From positions 598,964-662,963 of the forward strand of contig CAJFCJ010000026.1 of the NCBI GenBank assembly GCA_904063045.1: a stretch of 64,000 nucleotides of DNA. Reading direction: 5' to 3'. This DNA is from Dimorphilus gyrociliatus. Taxonomy: Eukaryota; Animalia; Annelida. The translations under genes and the position numbers were made by a program. The notes under the pieces were generated by a model. The model did no database searches. It saw only the letters and a list, made by a program, of their open reading frames with translations, and was not told the origin of the DNA. This document shows, piece after piece, positions 24,440 through 36,400 of the stretch (position 1 is the stretch's first letter; every line of letters starts with the position of its first letter).

Positions 24440-27400
24440 CCGTATAGGAGACAACTGTTCAAATTCCAGCGTCTGGTAAATCGACAAATCACAAAATTAC
24501 TGCTCTCCCTCGATACTGGAGCAGCAGTATCCCTGATCAGCCGATAATATTTAGAAAACATATCTTATGTCCCAATAGCTGAAAATTGTTGCCGAATAGA
24601 CATCTCCTATGTCAATAATGATTTCCAGACGATAACGACAGAAAAAGTCAAGGTCATATTCCCTAAATTGGGAAGTAAATACGATGTTGATGCCTATGTA
24701 GTAGATTCACTGTCCACTATACCAGAACAACCAGCGATAAAAATCAACTCAACCTACACAGAATGATCACTTCCAAGTGGCAGAATCGACTTATTAATAG
24801 GTCACAACTCAAAACTAGATAGACCTCATGCACATCTCAGTCCTATAAACCTGTATAAAACTAAAATTTTACCTTCGTGCAATATGCACTAGGATGGTTT
24901 AGAACCACTTCCCCCTATAATGAGACGCCTTATTCGGGACGCAACGTGAACATGATCTATGCAGAGACTCAGCCAAACGTCCATTACATAATCGAGTTAC
25001 CTGATGTGGACGATTTGGACGCAGATCCGCCATGCTCTATTAACGACGCCTGAGTAAGTGACATAATGGTAAACTATGTTCAGCCATCAAAAACTTATTG
25101 GACATTCCCTCTCCCTTTCAAATATGACCCGAACATACTATCTAACAATTACGTCATTGCAAAGAATCGATTTCTGGCTATTCGCCGTAAACCTATTTAT
25201 AACGAAGAATACAAAACAGACATTCAATCCCTGTTTGATAACAGTTATGCTCGTCGAGTGCCACACAAAGAAGTCAAAATTTATCTACCCCACCATGGAG
25301 TATCAAACCCAAATAAGAAGAAAATCAGAATAGTTTTCGATGGTGCCGCGAAATATAAGGGTTATTCTCTGAATGACACTCTCATGACGGGCCCTTCCTT
25401 ACTATGTAATCAAGCCCACCTCCTTACCTTGTGGCGAACTCAACCCTACTTCATTCTAGCAGACATCAAGCAAATGTTCATGAACATCCACGTGGACATT
25501 GAGCATCAACCCTATTTTGGTTTCCTGTACGAGGACCCAAAAAAAGAAAACAATATTCTATAGGCTGTCATGACTCGTCATATATTCGGCGCAGCTAGTT
25601 CTCCTTTTATTGCCTGCACAGCTCTTAACGCCACAATCAAACAAGTAGCCTCACTGAATAGCGAGGAGAAGGACATTATATTGAAATCCTTTTACATGGA
25701 TGATCTAATACTGGTTGGAGACAATGAAAAGCAATTGGAAAATCTGGCCTTCCGCCTTCACCAGGAGCTAGCAGCGAAAGGTTTACCCCTCACCAAGTAC
25801 TCTACAAATAATGAGTGGATAAGTACTCATTTAAAGTTAAACATCGAATTTATTCAACACCCTATCAAAGTTTTAGGCTTGTGCTACAAACCGCACCAAG
25901 ATCAAATCGAAGTCAACATACCCGACCGAGTACCTGAACACATTACTAAAAGGCTATTCTATTCGATTATTGCAAAAATATACGACATCATGGGTTTTAT
26001 AGAACCGATCAAGCTTCAAGTAAAAATTCTAATTTCCCAATTTCATGGCTTAAACTGGGACGATACAAGCCAAGATCAACAACATATTATTAAAATATTA
26101 AAAGATATCTCTGGTTCCTATTCAATCTCGAGATATATACCCTTTCCTATGCCAATGCCTCAGATATTGCTTATGGCGCAGCGGTATATGCGGTCCAAGC
26201 AGGAAAAGGCTACCTTTTGGCTTCTTCCTCCCGCCTTTTTTCCTTGCCGAGATCATCAATCCCGTGAGCAGAATTGACGGCATCGATTAGGGCAGCTAAC
26301 TATATCAAACCGTATAATACCTTATTCCCAGGTGTTCCCATCAATATATTCATAGACAGTAAAGTGGTTATCAGCTATTTAGAGAATGACGACCTAAAAC
26401 TTACTAAACATGTCCGCCATGCAGTAAAAGCAATACTGAAAACCAAATCAAAGGTTAAATGGCACCTAATTAGTTCAGAAGACAACCCAGCAGATTTCCT
26501 GACGAAATCAAGAAAGAGGATGAGAGAAAAATGGGACAAATTCCAGGAAATTCAAATCAAATGCGACGTGCAGAAAGTCACAATCAATATGTGCTCTGTA
26601 GACTCCACCTTTGAAATATTGGGAGATTGGAGGAAAATGAGACGGTCCCTGGCATGGATCTTAAGATTCGTGTCAAATACTCGAATCCAACCCTGTGACA
26701 GAATCAAGAACCATGAGTTGAATACTTGAGAATATCGCCATGGACTGTACCGGGCCCATATGTAAATCGACGGAGGGAGATAAAGTATACCTACTCGTCA
26801 TCTCCTGTTTAAGATCAAGAGCAGTGCAAATTTCACCAACAAAATCCCTATCAACGAAAGCACTTATGATTGAGTTCCAAATATTTATGGACAATTGGAG
26901 TTGGCCTAAATCAATAATCTCGGACTCGGCCCCAACCTTTAAGAAACTATACAAACTAATGAACGATCATTACAAAAAACAATCCAGAGTAAAACATATT
27001 ATCTGGAAATTCAATTCACCTTATTCAGCTCACAAAATGGGAGTTATTTGATAAAACCGATGCTCCTCACAACTGAGATAAAAAAGGACGCCTGCCTTGA
27101 GTGGGATATCATACGTCTCACGATTTCGGCTATTGAACATCTGTTAAATAACCGCCCCATAAGCTTTGGAATCAATGACTTAGGAGAACCCATGACAGTG
27201 TCACCGGTGGACTTCATAAAACTAAACAGAGTTCCAATAAAGGATGGAGAGTACGACCCCATCATTGTTACACGTGAACGCCAAATTCTGAACAACAAAT
27301 GTTGCACGGAATTATTTAATGGCGTCCACAAACACATAAAATGTTTCAAAGACAAATACAAGACAGATCTACATCCAGGAGACACTATCCTATATCTGGA

Positions 27401-27549
27401 TCAAAGATCGTCATATAAATTTAAATTGGGAATAATAACCCGTAAAATTACTGACCGAACCTTTGAAATGTACACTGGACACAGTAATATTGAGAGAGAT
27501 GTGAGATATTATTCCATTTCTACCCTCTCCTCTCCTCTTCCCCGGCCAG
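24440..27549 (+). pseudogene. pol: BEL/Pao pol (protease, RT, RNase H, integrase) with multiple stops and frameshifts
   Basis: LDTGAAVSLI; YLPHHG, RIVFDGAAK, ADIKQMF, FGAASSPF, YMDD; SSEDNPADFLTK; DCTGP, ISDSAPTF, WKFNSPYS. Confidence 0.93.
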
Positions 27550-27792
27550 TGTGGTCGATGGTACATCGACTAAATTTGGCAGCGAGCCAAATTACCTTAC
27601 GTTTATATATACTTCGTTACGTCTATATGTTTAAAATCCATCATATTTCATTATCCTTTATCATTTCTATACGTCATTACTTATTATTACTGCTATATTT
27701 GCTAGTATATACCTTTAAACTTTAACGCGTTGTAGTAGTAAAGTCGGTGAAAATAGCCTTAACATACGTCCGCTACTCATTCATCGACTACA
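27550..27792 (+). repeat. 3' LTR
   Basis: 239/243 identical to the 5' LTR; preceded by ctctcctctcctcttcccggccag. Confidence 0.96.
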
Positions 27793-27819
27793 TATATATA
27801 CATGTATATACGATAAAAA

Positions 27820-29170
27820 AGTACATTTGAAAAAAATCACATCACTGAGAATGGGAAAATAATCGTGGAATATAATATTCGAAAGTGGAAACGACTGAAA
27901 CGAATGAAGAAATATAAAAACTTGAGAAAAAAGGCGTTAAAAATGAACTGAAACTTTTCCTGAAAAGCGAGAAGATAGATAAAGGCAAGAAGAATAGAAA
28001 TACAGAAGTAAGATAAAGGAAACATGATTTAAAGAATATAATTCTTTTCAAATTGTTTTCGTTCATATTTAAAATACAATCGACGACAATGAAGATTATG
28101 GTTCAAACCAAAATTTAACAGCAGAAGCATTCAAAATAATACAAATGATAGATAGGAAGAGACTCTTCCGAAAATTATGTTTTTTCGAAGGACATGTTGA
28201 TAAAGGAAAAGAGAAGAATGAAGAAGATATTGCTAAACCAAAATTTACGAAAGAACAGAAGTGACTCTTCAGAAAGTTGTATTTTTTTTAGGGAGACATT
28301 GATATATGTGGGAAATGAAGAATGTAAAAGTGGAAATACTATCTTGAATAATGACAACCGTTAAATACTAATATGAATAAGTAGCTTTAATAACAGATTA
28401 GTTGTACTCTATATCCAAAACACGGAAGCTTGTCGCATAGACATATGTTGCTGTATAGCTTTGAATAAGCATGATGAAATTCTACTGAATTCCCTTTTGG
28501 AAGTTGGATATCCTTGAAAACATAAAAAATCCGAGTTAATTTAAAATGGAAATATATTAACAATGATATAACGAATGATGATAAAATACTTGTATTCAAT
28601 TTAACACTAGAATATTGGAGTAGAAGAGAAAAATCAAGCAGGAAAATATATAGTATATTTTTATACAAAGAAACCCTTCGAAAAAGTTATAAATAAATGC
28701 TCTCAACTCTTTCCTATCAATATAAAGTTGAAACATCTTCACCACCAAGAAACTTAAAAATAACTGATTGAAATCAATCATCTTGTAAACTTTGTTGGAA
28801 AGAACCATAGAATTGACGTCAAGTTAATCAATTAATTAAGTACTATATTGAAAAAAATGACGAAAATTACAACCAATAGTCGTTACAATAAATCATCAGT
28901 TTCTGGTAAAATTCAAGTTTAAATTACAACAATTGATAGGAATTCTAAAATAAAGTAGACAGCATCAACAACAGATGAATATTCAAATTTCTGTTTGGAA
29001 AATTATCGATAATAACAAATATTTGAAATCTTTTGATTATCAATTGGAAACAAAGTTGGATCTAACTCTTAAATTATCTTATTTGAAGATGACGAAATCT
29101 ATTTGATGGAAAAATTAGACGCTTTTATTAGCGATTATCGACAATCAAGAGAAAAAAAGCATTCCTTTTA
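27820..29170 (+). pseudogene. Ig/FN3 gene family, most complete relic (5' exons, Ig, FN3)
   Basis: RLVVLYIQNTEACRIDICCCIALNKHDE (Ig); TSSPPRNLKITD*NQSSCKLCWKEP...KYYIEKND (FN3); TKLDLTLKLSY segment shared with 40.6 kb. Confidence 0.8.
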
Positions 29171-29349
29171 TAATGTATTGGACAACGTATTTTTTTTAGT
29201 GAATGAGAGAATCTCTTCAAGGAAAATTTATATACAGTTATAAAAAGCTATTATGGGGATGAAACTCTGACGTATGAATAGGAAGAAAAATTTTGAAGGC
29301 TTCCAGAGATCTGGTCACTAAGGCAGCTGAGATACTGCTGTATTCAGTT

Positions 29350-29650
29350 TTCTGTGACCGTTCAGGAAAAATATAGGTTGAATTTATTGAGTAAGGAGAA
29401 ACAATCAACTTTATACAAAACATTAATAGTGTTGAAAGATTAAGAAAAACGTTACACCAAATTTAACCAGGAAAAGAGAGAGTGTTACAGTATGACAGCA
29501 CAAGACCTCATACAGTAGATTCTCCATACGAGGATGGTCATTGTTTCCACACCCTTCATTTTACCCCTAACCATTTAACTATTATCTTTTTGGAAGATTA
29601 AAAGATCATATCAGAGGTGTAGACCGTGAATATATGCACGAGTTAAAAAA
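29350..29650 (+). mobile_element. mariner-type transposase C-terminal relic
   Basis: LQYDSTRPHT...WSLFPHPS...FGRLKDHIRG resembles LHDNARPH / LPHPPYSPDL / LK..LRG. Confidence 0.55.
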
Positions 29651-29699
29651 AAGACATAAAGTATTATCTGAGGAGGAAACCATCTGGTCTCAATTCAAA

Positions 29700-30120
29700 C
29701 ATCATAGACCTTCTTCCAAGTGATTGCCAAACATGCATATAGTAATGGAGGGGACTATAAAAAATATAATTGGTCAAAGATTTCTTACAAAAAAAATACA
29801 GTTTGAAATCTTTCAACTTGTATAAAACAATACGATGCTTGATTTGTGTAACATACTCGAGGGGCATTTTGAAGAGACAAAACCTTGGAAAAATATTAAA
29901 TATTGCTTGCAGATCTACCGTCTTTAAACAATTCTTAGCTGGAGGAAATTCACATCAGACACTCGAATTCTTCGAAATGTGCGCCGCTCTAATAACGACC
30001 TTGGCGCGTTAATTTTAAAGATCAGCAGTGGTGTTCTTTGATCGACTTAAAAATGCTTTAATAATTTCTTCTAAAATTAGACGGCCATTTAAGCATCCTT
30101 ACATAAATTTGCTGTTTCGA
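29700..30120 (-). pseudogene. Family U copy
   Basis: KTVDLQAIFNIFPRFCLFKMPLEYVT; gtggtgttcttt...aaaatgct..taatttcttc shared with 38.9 kb. Confidence 0.5.
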
Positions 30121-30189
30121 CCGTATAAAAAATTTTAAACATGTGAATTTTTTAACGGCCGTAATATAGTTATAGTCTCGACTATTTCA

Positions 30190-31477
30190 TAAGATATTAA
30201 GTAATTTTAACACAGGAAAATGGAATTGCAGATTACAAAGAAAATAAAGATTTAAAGCAAACTGGACAAAGTCAAGGAAAAGAATGAAGGAAAAATGGCC
30301 CTTTTTTAAAGCAATCCAGACGGACACAAACGAAATCAAGGCAATCATACAACTTGTATTGGTTGATTTTTCACATAGCATACCAGGATTGTGACCAAAG
30401 ATGCGTCGTACAATGTCGTGAATCCTGGGATTCATGAACAATTGCCGTGCATCAAAACACTTAAATATATCGACAGCCGAATTGGACTCTGCTCAGCGAT
30501 ATAAATTTAAAATCGTACAAGGTTCTATGCCAATATAAAAACTAATAAAACCATACTCGCTAGCAAAGGAGGATGATGGTATCTATATGACATTAGGAAG
30601 GTCCGACAAGTTCAGAGAGACAAAGAAAGCTATCGTGGATGCACGTCACCCCATCGTCAAAAAGCTCATCAACTACATTCATTATGAATACAATTATACG
30701 TCTCTCAATGCAACCTGGATGAAACTAGCTGAATGCGAATATCCCATATACCAAAAGGCGCAAAATCTGCCTAACAACCATAAGAAAACGATATTACAGA
30801 TGGCCAATCTGCCAGATTCACGGACAGGAGACTTTATCTGCCCATTTCAAGATTGTGCAATGGTAACGACAAGGTATATCTCCTCGTCATTATATGTCTC
30901 GGCTCACGCGAGTAGTTGTACTACTCTCTACAACATCTCTATCGTCAGAAGTTCTGATGGTTGAGGTCCAACTGTTTCTAAATAAATGAGAATATCCTAA
31001 AACCATCATATCCGATTCAGCCTCACAGTTCAAAAAATTATATGGAGCAATGAATCAATATTATCAACAACAATCTAACGTGAAATACCTAACATGAAAG
31101 TTTAGTTCTCCATACTCTCCTCATAAACTGGGAGTTTTTGAGAGCCTTATAGGCATCATAAAGTTTCTACTCTCTATGTCAGTTAGGGACGGGAAATACG
31201 ACCCAGCCATAATATCGAAGGAACATAACCCCTATCTCTCAAGAAACTCTCTTCCCTTTTCCTCGGCCAGTGTAGTCGACGAAGGTAGCAACTAAACCTT
31301 GCCAACATGCCAAGTTTACATTATTTTACTAACCATATTACGCCTTTAAACTATAGTTAAGATTTTTATCATTCTATTCCGTTCACCTACTTAAAATTAT
31401 TCATAATAATAATTATAACAGTAATTATTGTCGAGTGTAAAACTACCTTAGCTAAGTATTTCTCTACGTCGACAACA
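30190..31477 (+). mobile_element. BEL/Pao 3' relic (integrase and 3' LTR 31271-31477)
   Basis: DARHPIVKKLINYIH, MANLPDSRTGD, ISDSASQFK; cctcggccag followed by LTR TGTAGTCGACG...CGTCGACAACA. Confidence 0.85.
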
Positions 31478-31499
31478 TATATTATCTATATGTAACGTC

Positions 31500-32000
31500 T
31501 TTTAAAGTACATTTTTGAAAAGCCGGAAATGACATCACTGAATATCGGGAAATACCCGCCCGACGAATTTGACATTTGAAAGTGAAGGGCATTTGTAACG
31601 TTGGAAGAAATAGAAAAATTTGAGAAAAAATGATGTTTAAAATGAGTTGAAGCTATTCCTGAAAAACAAAAAGAAAGATAAAAGGAAGAAGAAAAGAAAT
31701 AGAGAAGTAAGATTTGTATAAATGAATTAAACGTGATTTAAGGAATAGAATTCTTTTCAGAGTGTGATTCCTTCATAATTATACAACACAATCGACGACA
31801 ATGAAGAGATTTCATTTTAAACCAAAAGTTATCAAGGCAACCATCGGAAAATAAAGAAGAGAGGAGAGTCTTTAGAAAGTTGTATTTTTGGTAGGCACAC
31901 ATCGACACATGTGAACATACCGAAAACTATCAATGAAGCATGAAAATAAATACTATCTATATGAACTATAATGAAGAAGATATTGTTTAATTTCCTATTA
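31500..32000 (+). pseudogene. Ig/FN3 gene family, 5' exons, copy
   Basis: gaaaagccggaaatgacatcactg; 54-bp intron 31707-31760. Confidence 0.65.
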
Positions 32001-32899
32001 ATATATAGAAAGGGAAACCTAGCTTTTGTATAATCAGGAACGAATATTAATAACGAATTTTGGATTTGTATCAGAATGATGCTTTGGTTTGAGCTTAATA
32101 AAAATTTCGGCTGGACTGTGAATGATCTTCAATGGAAATAGTAGAGCTTACCAACCAACTGAGGTGGTTAGAAAATGTACGAATTGTTTTGTCACTTTTT
32201 CGTCTATGAGATATTTATATATTTGTTCGTTGATTGTATGACTTAAAAATCATTGTTATATGGATAGAAGTAGATAGCATTAGAAATGAGATTTAAAGAA
32301 ATGAAAAAAGCGAGACGAATAAAAAATGTTTTCATTGCAAGACTCATAAGCTAATTTAACGAGAGATGCTTTACGTTTGGAAATATTCAAAGTTCATTCG
32401 AAATTCTTTTTGAAGAAATTGATCAAAGGCAAGGAAAACTAACTATTATGTAAAGTAGTTTTGAAGTGTTGCTTTCATGTAAGTTGTTTCTTGAAGAGAT
32501 GTTAATCTTTAATTCGTTTTATTATTTTTTTTATCAAGATACATCGGGAAAAGTTGAAAGTTTGACTGCTCAGAAAGACAACTGATAATTCTAAGATAGA
32601 AGAGAAAGATGGTTGAAAATATAACTGAGAAAAAATTTGAAATATGAATTAAAGGCAAGTAATTTTGACCAGAAGACAACGATTCACTAAATAACGGCTT
32701 TACTGTTAAAGGTCGTCTTTCCAATATAGTTAAAACTAGTAAAAGTCACTATCTATTTTATCAAAAACGAGGTGGCTAAACTACCTAAATCAAACAGGAA
32801 GTTGCCTTATTATAATCATATCTTTGATTATTAAAAAAAAACGGAATTCGTTTGTTTGGTAGTTGAAAAATATCATTATTAAAATATTTAAGATACATG

Positions 32900-33190
32900 T
32901 CATAATTGAAATTACAGACTATGCAAATTAAATGAGCGAATCGAAAGAATAATATGTCTTATATCGAGAAGAAAATTCTTGTTAGCCTCCGATTTTGCAT
33001 CAGTAATATCTCTTTCAACTTGTAAGAATATTTTAAGGAAACATAGCTGAAGAGGCTATAAAACATCCCTATTCAAATTGAGACACATTTCAAATTGGAG
33101 AAAGTTTTCTTAAAGACTCGTCTCTCGAAGCACAAATGAGATTAATTCTATTGTGTTTTCAAATGAGACAAAGATCGATTTATATACAAA
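32900..33190 (+). mobile_element. Tc1-like transposase relic
   Basis: ISLSTCKNILRKH..RGYK...IVFSNETKIDL (compare Tc1 VLFSDESKFNL). Confidence 0.55.
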
Positions 33191-33329
33191 AAAAAAAATT
33201 GTTCATTATTTTTAAAAAGAGACTACAACTATTCCTTTTTCTACTGAAGTAGAAGAGAAAAAATTCAGGTAGGAAAATAGAAAGAGTTTACTAAAAAGTT
33301 AAAACATTTGATAAATCTTTTGAATCTCT

Positions 33330-33486
33330 AGATTTAAAGGTTAAAAAAAATCGAATAAAGATTCTAATATCCAAAAATATGGTATTGATAAAGGCAGATT
33401 CAACTGCATTCAACTTTACGGTAGCTGACAGTATCGAAGATTAAGCATTTCAAGTTTGCAAACTGTGCGAAATTAATGAATATGGA
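33330..33486 (+). pseudogene. FN3 relic interrupted by an LTR
   Basis: IQKYGID..ADSTAFNFTVADSIED*AFQVCKLCEINEYG; homologous to 19550-19680. Confidence 0.6.
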
Positions 33487-36400
33487 TGTAGTCGATGAAC
33501 ATTTAGCCTAAGTTTGGCAACGTGCCAAACTAATCTACCATTATCACTATAAACGTTACGTGCCCATATTTAAAGCCTATGGTATCATTCTTTTCCCTGC
33601 ATTTATCGCGTTATACTGTGTCTACTTTAAATTATTGAATATTATTCCTTTAAACGATTTCTTACGCTTTATATCAGTAAAATTCGGTAAATAGCGATAA
33701 CCTTAAATGTCAAATCCTAAAACGATGGTTAGCAGAAGATGAGGACTGCTGAGAGTAATATGACATGAGTAATAATAACGACAACTTTACGAATCTATTA
33801 CAGACCTTAGACTTCGCCAAGGAGGAAACACTTTAGAACGATTTCTCAACAAGACAAACCCTTTACAACCCAGTGTCCTGTAGCCGATTGGGTCGAGTTC
33901 AAAAAACTTCTCATACTCTTGAACCTACAAAATTATAAAGGACACCTGTAATTTGAGAAACTTAAAGACATTTGGAGCCAGGCCGCTCGTGTTGTGTTTA
34001 AGCATGCTAATAACTTTGTATTAAAATTGACGAAATACATCGCAGGAATAATCAAAGCTATCGAAATGGTTCCTATATCTAGTGTAGTACAGAAACAAGT
34101 ATTGTCGCTTCCAACATGACTAGACACACCGATGTTCATATAAGTAAAAGGTCACCCAAACGCCAATACAAGTCGCGAGAAGAACATTCCTTTCTGAACC
34201 TTGAGATCAAGATTAAAGACAGGCAAACTACATTATCTGACAAGAACTTCAGGCGTTTGTGTATTGAAAACTATCTGTGTCTCGCTTTTAAGCTACTCGT
34301 AGATCATAAAATATAGGGGGCGTACGGAAAATTGGCTTGACTATTCCAAAAAATTTTCGTACTCATTAAAAAATTGTATCTGTGAATATAAGAAAGGAAT
34401 TCAGGCTTTAGTGGATAATTCTTATGCACGTCCGGTATCTGACGAAGACGTAAAATTCTATTTACCCTACCATGGGGTTGTTAATCCAAAAGAAAAACTC
34501 TATTCGTATCGTTTTTGACAGAGTTGCTAAATATAGAGGACATTCCCTAAACGATATACTTCTCCCGGGACCATAGTTGTTGTTCAACCACGCTTATCTT
34601 CTCACGCTATGGCGAACCAAACCATACTTTATTTTAGCAGATATTACATGTTTATGAATATTCATGTTGACAAAACTGTTCCCCCTTATTTTGGATTTGT
34701 ATACAAAGACCCACAAAAGGAGGGTAGCATTCTTCCCTCCGTGATGACACGTCATATTTTTGGTGCAACTAGTTCTCCGTCTGTAGCCTGTACGGCCTTA
34801 AACGCCACTATAAACAAAGCCTCTTCCCTGACTATCCAAGAGAAGAAAGGAATATCAAAGTTGTTTTATATGGACAACCTTATTCTGGTAGATGATAACG
34901 AGAAAGAGCTAGAAAATCTGGCGTACCGTCTACATCAAGAATTGGCAGCCGAAATCTTACCCCTGGCAAAATACGCAACGAATAGCATATGGATTGGTGC
35001 ACATTCTTCCCTAAACATTAAGCGCATAGAGGACCCTATTAAAGTCCTATGACTAACGTAAATTCTGGATCAAAACAAAGTCAACATTCATAATCGAGAT
35101 TCCGAACGTACGATCACGAAACGTCAGTTTTATTCATACATTTATATGAAATTGTAGTCGACGAAGGTAGCAACTAAACCTTGGCAGTGTGCCAAGCTTA
35201 CATTACGTTTTATTGCACTACTCCGATCGAATTCAAGAAATGGAACATCCGACGTCTGTTGAAGAACAAAATGGCGGAAATTTGAATATTCGAAACCTCC
35301 CAATCCGCAAGAATCAAGGAAATCATGGAGGTTCTTTGTACAATTCCGATCCTAGAATCGATAAGCATTTCATCCGAAAAGTTGAAAGCCGCTAACTATC
35401 ACGACTTTCACAAGAACGTCATCATTCCATTATCGGAAGCTTATATCGATGACGCCGAACAATGCCAAATCCTAAAACAATGGGTAGCGAATGAAACGTT
35501 CTACAGTTCTGATATGAAATCTCTGCCAGGATTGTTCTTAGAAATTGGAAAAAGTGAATTATTTAACTAACAGGACTTGCTTAATTAAATCTTTTTGTTT
35601 AGAATGCCATTTTGTAATGAATCAATGGATTCAGAGCAATACATTAACATATTAAAAAGCAAGCTATTGCTTATATACACGAGGCAAAACATTTTTCATC
35701 AAGATGGGGCAAGATGCCATACGTCAAAAATATATTAAAGACTAGCCTGCCCAAAGTCCAGATCTAAACATCATAGAGAATCTTTGGGCAGTGTTAAAGA
35801 AAAGGGTTCATGCAAAAATACCCAAAAATATGGATGAGTTAAAGTTGACGAATTTTTTTCAATTTCGGAAGAATATATAAAAAATTTATATAATTCATTA
35901 AAAAAAAGGGTCGCCTTGTAATCCAAAATAAAGATTACTCAATTAAGTTCTTGATAAAAATTGAAATTTCTTCAGTTTTTTTTTTTTTGGAACATGGCAG
36001 GAACTTACTCTCCTTCGTTTTGTTGAAAATTTTTAAATAAAGATTACTGTAAAGTTAGAAAAATTTTTTAATCTAACAACAATCCTGGCAGAGATTTCAT
36101 ATCGGGGACTGTAGAACGTTTCATTCGCTACCCATTGTTTTGGGATTTGGCATTGTTCGGCGTCATCAATATTATCGTACCTAGAAAATGGGGACTTGAA
36201 ACTGTCACTACATCAAATCGTTAACCAATCCCGCAGATTATCTGATAAAAACAAGAAAGAGAATAAGGGAGAAATGGCTCTATTCAAAACAATCCAGATC
36301 GAATCAAACAAACTCAACACTACTATAAATCTAGTGATACCAGGATTCTGGCCAAAAGTTGCGTCGCATAATGTCTTGGATCCTGAGATTCGTAAACAAC

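Larger units (their letters stand above)
22749..27792 (+). mobile_element. Structurally complete but defective BEL/Pao LTR retrotransposon, 5044 bp
   Basis: Two 243-bp LTRs (4 mismatches); gag-PR-RT-RH-IN order; Pao-type RT and RNase H; flanked by tatata on both sides (6- or 4-bp TSD in a TA run). Confidence 0.96.

Noticed and set aside
33766-33782. agtaataataa after the 33487 LTR as a second example of the self-priming site
   Set aside because: It lies within gag-homologous sequence (SNNNDNF) and is not preceded by an LTR end, so it is not independent support
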